64,000 nt of DNA, taken from NCBI RefSeq assembly GCF_009914755.1, contig NC_060933.1, one strand, 5' to 3'. The translations under genes and the position numbers were made by a program. This DNA comes from the human T2T-CHM13v2.0 reference genome, Homo sapiens. The notes under the pieces were generated by a model. That model was not told the DNA's origin, searched no databases, and saw only the letters and a list, made by a program, of their open reading frames with translations. Below, piece after piece: positions 27,620 to 44,883 of this stretch (the stretch's first letter is position 1; each line of letters begins with the position of its first letter).

Positions 27620-30600
27620 GTTGCTATTGATAAAAGTTGTGCCAAGATTATTTTATTTCCTTGGCCTTTATGTTTGAAAGCTCAGAAAGTATTTTCTTCT
27701 ACTTAAGTATCTAATATTTTCACTAGGGTATGACTTGGAGTTGACCATTCTGAGCAGCCTTTTCAATGTGTAAATTCATGTCTTCTTTTATTTCAGGAAA
27801 GTTCTTGAATTATAGTTTTAATTAAGGATCCTGTTCCATTGTTTTTCTTTTTTAATTCAAGAACTCTGATGATACATATGTTAACCTTCCTTGCCTGTCT
27901 TCAATAGCTATCATGTTCTCTCCAATCCTTATAACCTTTTCTTTTGGCTTTGTTTTCTCGGCTCTTTTCATTTCTATCTTCTTGGTTGTAACTGTTCTCC
28001 CTTGGGGTATTTCGTAATTTAGTCTTTATTTTTCGTATGCTTTTATGTTTCTTTCCATTTCTCGAGTCCAGCCAGCTCCTATTTCATGCCTTCCTGTTGT
28101 TTACACTATTTATTTTTTGAGTTTTGAACTTGTCAGAAAGTGTCAATCTTTAATATCTAAATTTTATTTTTTAAGTATTTTTGCCCCTATTGGAGTTTTG
28201 TGTTATAGTTTTCCTGTGTCATGTCTTTGTTTGTGTATGTTTTCATCTGCTGTAATGTTTTGATTCTCATTTTCCATTTTCTTTTTAAACTAACTTTGGG
28301 TGGATGTTGGGTTATTTTAATGTTTATTATTATCTATTTCAGCTGGACTTTCCTAACAGATAAGCATAGAGATAGGAGGAATGGGTTTGAGTGGCTTACT
28401 TGGTTCTAAGTTCAAAATCTCTTTCTTTTGTTGCTACAGAAAAGAACAATTCTTTAAGAAATAGGGCTTTAATGTGACTTTTTCTGATTCTTTGATACTC
28501 CCTTGTTTGAGGGATTTTGTGGGGAGGGGTCATGTTTTTCTTTCTTTTCATCTTCAAGCCCTCAAGAGATCCCCCCCTTTCTAAGAATCTTCCCTCTTCC
28601 TGGAAGCAGCACAGTCTCAAGGCTGTCTCCTACCTGTAGTAGGAGAACCTCTTTATAGCAATCTTATTTTCGACTCCCCGTAGGAAATATTTAATCTCCC
28701 AGGTCTCAGATCTGTTCTTTGTGGTGCTCTTTTACTCAGGCTGGAGAAATACCTCTCTTTCTTGGGATGAGATTTGGTTAGTGTCATCTGAATTCTACCA
28801 CTCTAGGACCTTGCCGCAGTCTTTGCCTCACCTTCTGCTGTGCTGTGCATTCAGAATCAACCTCACTGGCTTCAGATGTTTGTTTTCCCACTTAAATGTA
28901 AATGGAAGCTTCTAATGTTTTCTGACTCCTAGCTATGCTATAGGCATGGGCCAAGAGTAATTTTATTTGCTCTGCTTTTCTGTTCTGTAAGACTTTCAGG
29001 AGGATGTATGGACAAATTTGAATCTAAGTCGCTGCTGTTATCCTTAGTAATCCTGAAGGCCAAACCTGAGTCTTTGAAATGTATTAATGAAGGTAATAAT
29101 TGGTCTTAATTGGATAATAATTACCAGTGCAAATATTTTTATTCCCTCAAAGGAATCACCGTATCATTCATTTAACTAACTATTTACTGAGCAGCAATTA
29201 TGTGCTTGTATTAGGCAAAATCTGATCTACCACTTGCTACTTGTTAAGACCCTGGGAGGGAGCTAATGCAGACGTACCTTATCATCCCCATTTCACACAT
29301 GAGATTTTCCCTCACCAATTATTCTGCAGGCACATTGGCCTTCTCCCAATTTCTGAATGATTTATGCCCCAGGACCATTGCACAGCCATTATTTATCTGC
29401 CTGGAGCACTCTATCACTGACTTTTTTTGTAACCTTCCGACTTTAATATTACCGCTTCATTATTTTCTTCCACACTCACCTCCATTATTTGTTGTTACTA
29501 TACATTGTTCAGTTCCTTTGTAGCTCTTGTCACAATTTGTATTGAGATACATAGATATTTGGCTGTTTGCTGATGTATTGTCTGTCTCTCCATTAAACTG
29601 TAAATTCTGTGAGGACAGAAATCACACCTGTGTTCAATCTTGTCTGGGTTCAGCCACGTCAAAGTGCTAGGAACATGTAGGACTGCAACAAATATTTGCC
29701 AAATGAATGATGCCCAGAGAGGATAGGCAGTTAGCCCAAGGTCACACAGCAGGTTAACGGAGGATCCAGAATTAGAATCCTGGTCCCTCCAAGCTAAGTG
29801 GTTCATTCATTAGCGACGTTGCCTCTTCATGGAGGATGCCATCCTCTCTCTGGGGATAAAAGACAGATGTTCTCTCTCATTTTTGCCTCATTTAACCTTC
29901 TAAAAAATCTCCGTACTCAATGAGTATGGGGAAAACCTGATTTTAAAAGTTAATTAACGTCAGACCACAGTTTTCTGAAGTTAGCCACGAAACCCAATCT
30001 CTGTGCTCAGCCGGCAGCCTAAGGGACTGACCAGAAGGGCTCAGGGGACAGGGCAGCTGTGGTCCAGTGGCTGTAGATATTCAGCCACTTCAAAAGCAAC
30101 AGGACTGTATTGGGCATTTATTAGCTGCCAGGTAGGGCACTGGGCACTGGGGATTGAAAAATAAACAAGACAGACATTTCCCTGCCTCTGGTTGCTCCCA
30201 GTGCAGTCAGAATTCCAGAGCAGCACATCGAGCGCTGTGAATGGGAAGGACCAGGGGCAGTGGAAGCCCAGAGGAGACACTAGGCCATTCTCAGGGCTCA
30301 GGAAAGAGGGCTTCCAGGAGGAAGGGACTTGAAGGATGAGCAAGAGTTAACCAGATGAAGGACAAAGAAGAGATAAGTGCAACAGGTAAAGCGCTAAAGA
30401 AGAGCCCAGACGCAAGAGGGAACAGAACACACTGAGATGATTCCAGAGGCGTCAAGTTGGAACCCAGCCAATTGGCAGTGTGGTGGAATGACCAGAGAGG
30501 AGGCTGGGGCCAGGTCAGAGAAGGACCTGGAGGCTGTGCCAGGAGTCAGGCTGTGACCTGGAGGTCAATGGGGAGCCATGACAGGGGGTTCCTCTGAGGA

Positions 30601-31571
30601 GTGACACAAATCACAGCATCTGAGTGCAGAAGGGACCTCACCTGTGATCCAGTCCCACCACCCTCTCAGCTTAGGAAGCTCTGCTGGAAGTTGCACACCT
30701 CACCTCTAGTGACAGGAAGCTCATCTCTCTGGATTGCCTATCTTGCTAGATTGCTCTGATAAGAAGAGAATTCTTCCATATAATGAGCTAAAAGCACGGC
30801 TCTAAATGCAGCTGCTCTAACACAAGGGACAGAATAAACCACAGCTGCTCTGATATTGTTCTCACTCCTGAGTTCTGTCCATCTGTCCCCATCCCCCCAC
30901 CCTTGCTTACCCACTCCACATTTGTGTTCTTTGCACCTCTTAGTCACCTGCCAGTCACTCCAGTTCCTGGTTCTTGGTTGATGTGGAGACCCCAGTTGTT
31001 AGCTTTCTGTATCTTGGTCCCTACCCTGACCCAACCTGGGCCCTCTCTGGGTCCCAGGCCCAGATTCTCGCTTCATCTTTCAGGTTCTGCCCAGCTAAGC
31101 CCACACGACGCTGAGTTATTAAACAAATTCTGCCAAATGGAAGTATCTGCCACCAAGCACATTTCACATGGGAAAAGAGAATTTTCATCTATCAAAAGCA
31201 CATTTATTTCAAGGGAGCCTATCACTCACTGAAATTCACAGGAGAAAGAGAGTCCCAAGAAAATCAAGGGCATTTGCATTACAATCCACCTCAATGCCCA
31301 AAAATATCCCGCTGAACATGCAGAATTTCAAGGAAAACAGTATGTTTTGCTTATTTGCAGGAAAGAAATGAATGTTCAAGAGAGGGAAGGGGCTGTGGTT
31401 TAAAATCTCCAACTTGCAAAGGAAAGCATATGTCAACCAAAGAATCATCTTTGACCCTGCAGATTTTGGAGCTGGTCCTGTCGGGGCAGGCAGAGGATCC
31501 ACACACAGTATGGAGGGGAAGGCACTGTGTTTGGGGACAGACTGAAAGGATTTGCAATCCTATTGTTTGGG

Positions 31572-32250
31572 AACAATAGCTGACACTGAACACTTCTTTA
31601 TAACAGGTATCATGCCAAGAATTTGCCAAATATATATTTTTTATTTAGTAAGATAAAGTAAATTGCCCAAGGTCACATGGCTAGAAAATTGCAAAGTAGG
31701 ACACACAATCCTGGCTTGACTGCTTGCTGGATGATCTTAACCTTTCTGTGCCTCTTCTTCCAGATTGTTAAAAATGGAGCATGATAAGGATTCTATCTGT
31801 GCTCCGCAAACTTGCCTTTCCAATTCTCCCTAATGGTAGAGGAAAGTGGGCAAGAACTTGACCTACACGGATGCACTCCCCACCCTTCACCTGGAAGTGG
31901 GAAGTAATGCCCAGAATGCTTATTCCAAAGCAGAAAATGTCTTTGAAGTCTTGCACTTGAGGCTAAAAATTAATGTGATCTGTATCCTACTCCATAATAC
32001 TCTGTCATTAGGGTAAAACAGCTTGAAATGATTCCCAACTGGGGAAAAACAAAAATGAACAGAAGATTTCCTATCTGGCTACTGAGATCACGGGGAGCTG
32101 CTCTTGATAAAAACAATAGCCGACACTGAACACTTCCTTTATAACAGGTATCATGCCAAGAGTTTGCCAAGGATTTATTTAGTCAGATTAAATAAATTGC
32201 CCAAGGTCACGTGGCTAGAAAGTTGCAAATAGGACTCAAAATCAAGCTTG
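31572..32250. repeat. Direct duplication of a deleted MIR (31572-31718 and 32112-32250)
   Basis: Shared aacaatagcYgacactgaacacttc..ataacaggtatcatgccaaga and the same internal deletion. Confidence 0.85.
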
Positions 32251-32410
32251 TGTGACTCCGCAGCCCAGGCATGTAAACTGCCCACTTTATAGCACTGAGT
32301 TTACCAGTGACAGGGAAGGAGGTAAAAGTGAAGAGCAATGACATCCCATCAGGTTGGCAGCCAGGCCATTTTCCTTCTCTGTCTTAGAGTCATAATATTT
32401 TAAAAATCCT

Positions 32411-32559
32411 TTAGCCAGGTGTGCTGGTGGGTGCCTGCAGTCACATGCTGCTTGGGAGGCTGAGGAGGGAGGATCACAGGAGTCCAACAGTTCAAGGCTG
32501 CAGTGAGCACCACTGCACTCCAGCCTGGCTGACAGAGATCTTATCTCAAAAAAAAAAAA

Positions 32560-32612
<53 letters not shown>
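32411..32612 (+). mobile_element. Alu right monomer with A/(TA)n/(CA)n tail
   Basis: Direct reading. Confidence 0.82.
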
Positions 32613-32617
<5 letters not shown>

Positions 32618-32809
32618 TAAGAATTCAGACTTACTTGAATATGTGCATTCAGGATTTATTTTCCAAGTTATTGTTTTATGAGCCTCATTCATGATTTGTA
32701 AGAGGAGAGGCTCAGAAAGTCACTAAAGAGGTGCCGTGCTGTAGCATTCTCAGGATGATCTTGGAAAAAAATTTCCATGAGGGCCCCATCCTGCTGGGAG
32801 GTCAGTTAC

Positions 32810-33510
32810 TCCCTCATTGAGCTCTGGTCCTTCTTTTCTGTCTCAGGGAAATTCTCAGCTTCAGTGACTTCAGTGAAGAGAGCTGACTGCTGCTAAGAGC
32901 CTCGATTTTCCCCATGAATGCTATCATTTTCATTGCACCATCTCCCTTCCCACCTTCAACTTTCACCACATCCTCAGACTTGCCTTGGGCAGTGGATAAT
33001 TCGGTTTGCCTTGCAGTGGTTGTCCAAGAGTGGCCAGCCTTGAAAACTGCTAAATACTTTTAGATGTTAAGTATCTGTGAACCACATTTCTCAGTTTTCA
33101 TTCATTTTTGCTGTCCAGCATCCTGCCCTTCCGCTGTATAACTGGTTCATGGAGCAGTGTGGTTCTGTGGGGCTACAGATGCGAAGGACTTTCTTTTCTC
33201 CCTTATGATGACCCCCAGTAGCAGGTGTCTTACTGACATCTCAGAAAGTCCCCCTTGTGGGTGTTGGAAGTCCAGTCCTGGTCCAAGCCCACTTGAGTCA
33301 GCGCTTTTCCCCTCTCACAGCAGGCCAGACCTGTGGTTGGTGGGACTGCAGTGGGCAGATGTGATTCTCTCTTCTCTCTCCCCCTTGCTCAAGCATCAGA
33401 GCTTGGGAGAAGAGAGCCAAAGTCTGCTTCTGGGATGCCTCTTTCTACTCTCCTTTTTGGACCTAATATCCCTGATGTTTCTCTTCTCAGATCTAGCATC
33501 CTCCCCCACC
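32810..33510 (-). pseudogene. Possible large purine-rich remnant exon (disordered linker)
   Basis: ~700 bp non-repeat, K/R/E/S-rich minus-strand frame with few stops; donor GGGA|gtaact. Confidence 0.3.
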
Positions 33511-33770
33511 ATAGTTAAAACACATGTATATCAGTGTAGTTAAGAGGGCTTTCAAAGTTACTTCCTGTTTCATTACATATTTGTCTAAAATGATGATGAA
33601 TCAAGCTATGCTATTTTTAGCAAAAGTTGTCTTTTTTTTTTCTTTTGGCCTCCCCAACACACTGAAAAAAATTGAGTAAAAAGCACTTCCAGGCAAATAT
33701 CATTAGTGAATGATGTGATAACTAATGAAGGCCTCATATTTTGCAGGGGCTTTGATAAGAGCTCTCTCAC

Positions 33771-33970
33771 TTAAGCTTCAATGACTGTAGAATTGAACCC
33801 ATTTTCACAAATATACTATAATTTTTTCAAGTTGACACTGTACTTGATTAAAAAATAATGTCAGGTAATGTTAAATATTCTTCAACATTATTTTACCATC
33901 CAGAAATGTTATCCAAAACCATTATTAGTAAAACAATCAAGGATGTATCAAATGGCCAAATTATTAACAC
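33771..33970 (-). pseudogene. Remnant exon
   Basis: aaacag|GT...TTAA|gtgaga; YILDCFTNNGFG*HFWMVK...YSVNLKKL; many stops, weak acceptor. Confidence 0.35.
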
Positions 33971-34168
33971 CTGTTTTACCCAAATGTATGGTAAATAAAT
34001 AATGATAGTTTCTAAAAGTTTTATTGAACGTGTACTAGAGTCAGGTCCCAAGCTAAGTACATAGTATTTCATTTAATACTTACAAGTCTATCCCCATTTT
34101 ATAGATAAGGAAACTGAAGCTAGAGAGACTAAATATTCTCAGTTTTTGTACCAGCTGTCCAAGGGGGT

Positions 34169-34345
34169 TGTCTTAGTCCCTTCAGGCTGCTGTAACAAAA
34201 TACCATAAGCTAGGTAGCTTGGAAACAATAGAAATTTATTTCTCACAGTTCCGGAGGCTGGGAAGGCCAAGATCAGGGCAGATTCAATGTCTGGTCAGGG
34301 CCCATTTTCTGACTCACAGATGACACCTTCCTGCTGTGTCCTGGA
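34169..34345. mobile_element. MLT1A-like LTR fragment
   Basis: tgtcttagtcc..ggctgctgtaacaaaataccata. Confidence 0.72.
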
Positions 34346-34788
34346 GCATCTTGTAAATACTGAAAAACAAAAATAAAAACAATAAAGCAATGCCCCCCAA
34401 TAATAGGGTATGTCAAAGGGACACAGGAGCCTCCAGTGACCAAAGTTGGATAATCTGAACTAAAAAAAAAAGTAATATTGTATTATAACCTAAAGTATAA
34501 AATAAAAATCTATGAATCCATTCTGATACAAGTGAATGAATAAGAAAATAAATGGAAGGATTGAAAAATCTCCCATGCAGAACTCTAAATAATTTATGTA
34601 GCTATTCCTTTCTCAAGAAGGTGAAACGTAACTCCCCACTCCGGGAGTGTGGGCTATGCATAGTGACTGCCTTCCAACGAGTACAGTAGGCAAAGGGGAA
34701 GGGGAAATGAGTAACTTTGTAGTGGAGAAACCTGAAAAGCACCACCTCAGCTAGGTGATCAAGGTCAACGTCAATAGTGATAAGTCAT

Positions 34789-36121
34789 TGTATTAGTCTG
34801 TCCTCACATTGCTATAAAGAAATACCTGAGACTGGGTAATTTATAGAGAAAAGAGATTTGGTTCACTCACGATTCTGTAGGCTGTACTGGAAGCATAGTG
34901 GCTTCCACATCAGGGGAGGTCTCAGGAAACTTACAATCGTGACAGAAGGGGAAGCAGGCACATCTTACATGGCCAGAGCAAGAGGAAGAGGGAGAGGGGG
35001 AAGGTGCTACGCTTTTTAACAGATCCCGTGAGAATGAGCTCTATCATGGGAACAGCACTAGGAGGATGGTGCCAGATCATTCATGAGAAACCACCCCCAC
35101 GATCCAATCACTTCCCACGAGGCCCTACCTCCAACATTAGGGATTAACTTTTTTTTTTTTTTTAGTGTAAAAATATGAACTTTTGTTGTCCTATTTCTGG
35201 GGAAAAGGGTTCTACTTTCCACACTGAGCCAGCAGTGGGCTTGAGTTATAATATGTAGATTCCTTTTGGTTATAGTTGCAGAAGAAGCTATTAAATTCTT
35301 GAGGGTTTGACATCTCCTGGAAAGAAGCAAACTAGAAGATGGACCAATGATCTGGATTGCTTAGAATGATAACATTTATAGTAGGATCCTAGTTGACATG
35401 CTATTAGTGTTGAAATAATCATGCCTGTACTGGTCAGTGAGTTCAGTATCCTGGTTGGAATACCAGTTCCAGACCTTTAGGTGACATGTTTGAATTGAGT
35501 TCTCATTGTAGAGTCATGGCCTTGACTCCATCAGCTGTGGTTATCTTCTTTGGTCTGAATACCTATCAGTCCTTACCAGCTGTAGCAGCCACTGCTTGGT
35601 CAAACTTTGCCACGAAGTCTGGCTCATGGAACTCCAGCTGCCTGACAAGTGCATTGCACTCCTGCTCAGCCCAGCCTTGAGACCACTGATCCCAAAGACA
35701 TAGCTGGCACTCAAAGATACAAGGTGGTCCATTTGCCCCGGACACACTAAGCTGCACCAGACTATTTGGCAGTGGCTGTACTTTTCCTGGCACTGCCTTA
35801 GCTACCAGGTCCTCCAGGAAACGTTCACACTGGGGACCTGACTAATTGGCAAATCAGTGAAGAATACACTTCATCTCCTGGGAAGTGATGTAAGACATTG
35901 GAGAAGGGGAAGAACTAATATCGTCTGGTACTGAGGGTAAAAGAGAAGGGAAAGATAGTGGCGTTGAAAGGGAAGATGACTCCAGTGGCATCCTCCCCTT
36001 TTCCCTCAGAAGGCACCTGGAGATTGTCACAAGAGTCCTTAGATTCCAACTACTGCTGCAGCTTCTAGGGATTACAATTTGATATGAGATTTGGGTGGGG
36101 ACACTGATCCAAACCATATCA
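34789..36121 (-). mobile_element. MSTA/B solo LTR split by the retrocopy
   Basis: tgtattagtc...aaaccatatca; TSD gtcat at 34784-34788 and 36122-36126. Confidence 0.88.
35149..36065 (-). pseudogene. C14orf119: Processed pseudogene (retrocopy) of C14orf119; symbol given is the parent gene
   Basis: ATG at 35991 to TGA at 35568-35566 reads MPLESSSL...SYITSQEMKCILH*FAN*SGPQ.ERFLEDLVAKAVP...EPDFVAKFDQAVAATAGKD, matching C14orf119 as recalled; poly(A) 35149-35163; TSD tagggatta at 35138-35146 and 36066-36074. Confidence 0.92.
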
Positions 36122-36619
36122 GTCATGTTAATAGTATGTACCCTTAATGTGATGTGATGAAAATGTCACTTTGACTCTGTGCTTTTCTTCCCCCAAGCTT
36201 TATTCTAATTGTGAGGGGGAAAGTTATATAAATCCTAATTGAGAGACATTCCATAAAATACCTGACTAGTACTCAACACTGTCGAGGCCAAAAAAAAAAA
36301 AAAAAAAAAAGAAAAAAACAAGGAAAGTTTTAGAAATCATCAAAGCCCAGAGGAACCTAAGGAGACATGGTAAATAAATGTAATGTGGGATTCTGGATGA
36401 GATCCTGGAACAGAAGAAGATAAAAACCAAAGAAATCTGAACAAAGTAGGGACTTCAGTTTAAAGTAATGTATCAAATTGGTTCATTAATTCTAACAAAT
36501 GTATCATAATATATAAAATAATAGGGAACACTGGGTATGGAGTATATGGCAACTCTCAGTGTTATCATCACAATTTTTCTACAAGCCTAAAACTATTTGA
36601 AAAGCTAAATTTTATTTAA

Positions 36620-40976
<4,357 letters not shown>

Positions 40977-41019
40977 CTACACCAGCTCACCAGCACTGGT
41001 ATTTAAAACAGGAGAGAGT

Positions 41020-41113
41020 ATGGTGTCCAGCAGTCATGAGAGAGATTGCACGGCCCTCAAAACTGAAAATATTTACTATCTGGCTCTTTAGAAAAAGGCT
41101 TGCCAACCCCTGA
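41020..41113. mobile_element. MER58-like terminus
   Basis: aaaatatttactatctggctcttta..ttgccaacccctg. Confidence 0.7.
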
Positions 41114-41119
41114 CTTAGA

Positions 41120-41930
41120 AGGATGTGGATATGAGAGACGAGGGTAAGAAAAATGTCAAGAAAGATGGCCAGGCTTTGAGTTTGAGTTATGAACTGAAAT
41201 GGTTGGAAGATGCTCACTGAGCTAGGGCATACAGGAGGCAGACAATTGTAGTGGGAGGGGTGGGGAGGCAAGGAAGTAGCTCTAGAAGATTCTAAGTGTT
41301 TTGAGTTTGAGATGCCATGGGATGTCCAATTAATTATGTCATTAGGCATTTTGTTATGTGGATCTGGAGTCATTGAGAGGGATCAGAGCTGGAGATTCAG
41401 AATTGGGAGTCATTGGCTTAGAGGTGGGGCATGAAGGAGATCATTGAGGCAGTGAGAAGAGACGATCCCAGGAAAATCACAGCTCTTTAGATGGAGTGAG
41501 GGGAAGAATTGAAAGGAGACTAAGGAGAGGTGGTCAGAGAATTAGGAAGAAAACCAAGAGAATAGTATGGAGTCACCGAATCTAGGGACAGAGTCTTTGT
41601 AGAAAAGAAACAGGTCCACAGATTGAATGCTGCTGAGAAGGGCTGATGAGTGAATATGCCTGGTGATCTTGATGAGAATATTTCTGGTGAAATAGTGGGA
41701 TTCTAGTGAGATTTTGGTGATCAGAGAACGAGAGAAAGGATATTCCAGGCTGAGGGGACTGAATCAGCATAAAAAGTGACCCAGCACAGAATAAACCATG
41801 TCTAGGGAATGGAGAAGAGAGAGTTGGAGAAATTCCAATTCCAGGAGGAATTCCAGTTTCAGGAGGTTGGATTATATTCTGTAGACATTAGGGAACCAAG
41901 GCAGATGTTGAGCACAGAAGTGTAATTAAG
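41120..41930. mobile_element. L2 fragments
   Basis: Purine-rich L2 motifs (ttgagtttgagatgcc, ggctggagat..ttgggagtcat). Confidence 0.65.
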
Positions 41931-41959
41931 AGAAGATAAACATTTCTTTAAAAGAAGAC

Positions 41960-42478
41960 TGCCTGCATGGCTCATGTCTGGGAAAACTGAGATTTTCCCA
42001 GGTTTCTTTGAAGATTAGTGTTTTAAGAACTAGGACCCAGTGGCTCTATCAGTCCTGAAGATTGAGCAGGGGAAGAATTCATTTCGTGTGATTACATAGA
42101 ACCAAGCCATTTCCTGATACACCTACACTTGAGACTTGGGGAAATGGGATGTGGAGGATATGGGTACTAGTAATTCTGATGAGGATTTAATTAAGAACTC
42201 AATTTTCCCAGACTTCCAGTACTTGACTGCCTGATGTTTCTTTAATGGGAACTGTTGATATGTTCTAATTATGGCCGGTTATTTATGGGATCAGGTCTCA
42301 TCTCTCTGCTCAATTATGTTTTGTTTGGGAGATCTGCATTCTTTTATGACTCTAGTTCTTAAGTGAGTCTATTGTCTTCCCCAAAGACACACTTAGTCTG
42401 GGGACCTCTCATCTGTGGCTTTTCCTCTACCAGAAATCCCACCACCCTTTTCCTTTCTCTTCTACTCATTGATAAACT
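41960..42478 (-). pseudogene. Two remnant exons (42478-~42128 and 42054-~41960)
   Basis: Acceptors ttccctatggcttcag| and tcccctgctcaatcttcag|; junction can read SLK|TDRATGS*FLKH, cf. RGS22 SLYVENRAGFFF and RGSL1 ALCADACAGNPFRDH; donor position ambiguous. Confidence 0.4.
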
Positions 42479-42808
42479 CTGAAGCCATAGGGAAGGCAAC
42501 TCCTCTCTCTCATATTCACAGCGCTATCTGTGGCTGTACTCTTGTCTGGCCCTGGATTTGCCCTGAAGACTCAGCTTAAAGGCTTCCTTTAAATGTTTGA
42601 GACAGGATTCTTTAAAATTATCTGAGTATTAGATGTCTTTGAAATTCTGAGAGAAGTACAAATTCCAGGTGCTCAGGGTCAAGACACACATTTGATAGTC
42701 TGAATCAGAAATAACTTACAGAGTTTCTTCATGGACGAAAAGCTTCTGGTTCACTACTTTGGAGATATTCTTATAAAGTACACTGGGTCCTAGAAAATGT
42801 GTGCTCCC

Positions 42809-43027
42809 ATGGACACAAATTGAGGAATAACAGACACTGGGACCTACTTAAGGGTGAAGGGTGGGAGGAGGGAGAGGATCAGAAAAAATAACCATTGGGT
42901 ACTAGGCTTAGTACCTAGGTGACTAAATAATCTGTACAACAACCCCCATGATGACACAAGTTTAGCTATACAACAAAGCTGCACGTATACCCCTGAACCT
43001 AAAATAAAAGCTAAAAAAAAAAAAAAA
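42809..43027 (+). mobile_element. Old L1PA (13-16-like) 3' end
   Basis: 3'UTR and poly(A); degenerate TSD gtgtgctccc/gtgtgttccc. Confidence 0.85.
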
Positions 43028-43330
43028 GTGTGTTCCCTCTAGACCTGGAGTATCTTGAAAGCAAGGATCATTCTATTTACGTGTGTGTTGGGAAAAATAA
43101 TTTTAATAGCAGAGAAGGAACTGTATTTTGAAAACTGCTTGGGAAAGCCTCTTAGAGGAGGAAATTGAGTCCATAAGAACATTAGCTGGAAGGAGACCTC
43201 AAAACAAGCTAAAAATTCTTCATAAGGAACAAACAAGAATTTTGAGTTGGCAGAGAATAGAGAAGGGGAAAAAGAGTAAAGAGAGAAAAGAAAAAGAAAG
43301 ATGGAAACCTGGCATCATGGCAAGAGGCTG

Positions 43331-43691
43331 TAATATGGTTTGGCTGTGTCCCCACCCAAACCTCATCTTGAACTGTAGCTTCCATAATTCCCACATGTTG
43401 TGGGAGGGACCTAATGGGAGATAATTGAATCATGGTGGTGGTTTCCCCTATGCCATTCTCATGGTGGTGAATAAGTCTCATGAGATCTAATGTTTTTATA
43501 GGGGTTTCCTCTTTTGCTTGATTCTCATTCTCTCTTGCCTGCCACCATGTAAGATGTGCCTTTCACCTTCTGCCATGATTGTGAGGCCTCCCCAGCCACG
43601 TGGAACTGTGAGTCCATTAACCCTCTTTTTCTTTATAAATTACCCAGTCTCAGGTATGTCTTTATCAGCAGCATGAAAATGGACTAATACA
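43331..43691 (+). mobile_element. THE1 solo LTR
   Basis: atatggtttggctgtgtccccacccaaa...ggactaataca; TSD ggctg. Confidence 0.92.
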
Positions 43692-44689
43692 GGCTGGAAA
43701 CTGTGGAGGAGAGTGACCCATGAAAAATTTCTAGTGGTGAAGTGGCCAAAAGACTTCAAGTGACCAGGGATGTCAGTTTTCAGTGTGAAGTTACTGTGAT
43801 GTTGTAGTGTAAATGCCCTCCTTCACACCTAAACCACAAGTCATAGTCTTCTATTTACATAAATGACCTGTGTGGGTGATCTGGGGGACTTCAAGAAAAT
43901 GGAGCTGATTGCCACTCAAGATAAGATTAGTTGGAAGAGGCAGAAATACAGAACCAGAGGAGGAAGCATCTAAAAACCTTTGGAGATATTGGGAGGGGCA
44001 CTGGGTTTTACTCTGAGTATCAGTCAGAATAGGAAACTTTATGCTGCAGTAATAAAGAACCTCCCCACTGCCAATCTAAGTGAGCCACAACCACAAATGT
44101 TTATTTCTCACTATGCTGTCATCAACCTCTCTGCACTTTGGGATTCAGGCTGATGGAGTAGCTCTTATCTGGGACATTGCTGATCAATAAGGCAGAGGCG
44201 AAAAAGAAGGTGATGAACCACACATTGACTTTTAAAGTTTCCTTTCAGCAATCTCACTTCTAATCATGTTTAATTGGTTAAAGAAAGACACCTGGCCATG
44301 CCTGAGTTCAACAGGGTGGAATGTGCTCAGTGCCACCAGAAGAGGTACCAACCATGGTGAACAGACACACACCCTACCACACATTCTATCTTGGCTGTGG
44401 TTTGAACTGAAGTTTACTTAAACCTTAAAGGGTAAGGTAGTAACTTAATACTTGGTAAATAAGTACATAGCATGTGGGGTTTTTGTTTGTTTGCTTTCTT
44501 CCTGACCACCCACACTGTTTCAATTTATTGGAGAAATGCTCAGCCCTGTACTATCCTTGTTTGTGGGGCCTAGAAACTGGTTTCCAGGAAAGGTGCCTGG
44601 AAGTCAGATCTTTGGCTCAAATTGACTATGTAAGGATAGAGAAACCAGGATGCTTCTTTTCTCTGCAGACCTCCTGGCCTGGTCCATGA

Positions 44690-44883
44690 CCATAGCTCAG
44701 TCCTTAGGACACTGTGATCTGGACCAGCCCTAGGACACCGTGGGGTGTAGAAGCAGTGATTTCCCTGGCTCCAATCAACAATTTCACAGATATCTCTCCA
44801 TGGTAAATGTGTGATAGACTACAGCTATGCTTGTTTTCTTCCAACAGAATGGATGTGGGTACCACATTGAAGGATACCGCAGT
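44690..44883 (-). pseudogene. Possible remnant exon
   Basis: Long Y-tract ttttatttttctccctggcaag|; donor uncertain. Confidence 0.3.

Larger units (their letters stand above)
23780..29050 (-). mobile_element. Old L1ME/L1MC fragments with nested MER1 and MST
   Basis: T-rich degenerate L1 antisense sequence. Confidence 0.65.
31230..32695 (-). pseudogene. Three remnant exons: 32695-32635, 31962-31891, 31349-31230
   Basis: Donors gtaagt, gtgaag, gtgagt; phase-1 chain reads IMNEAHKTITWKINPECTYS|TSSARLQRHFLLWNKHSGHYFPLP|AKHTVFLEILHVQRDIFGH*; first acceptor decayed (caa). Confidence 0.5.

Noticed and set aside
29810-29936. Two tiny exon-like segments
   Set aside because: The implied intron is about 48 bp and the donors are weak.
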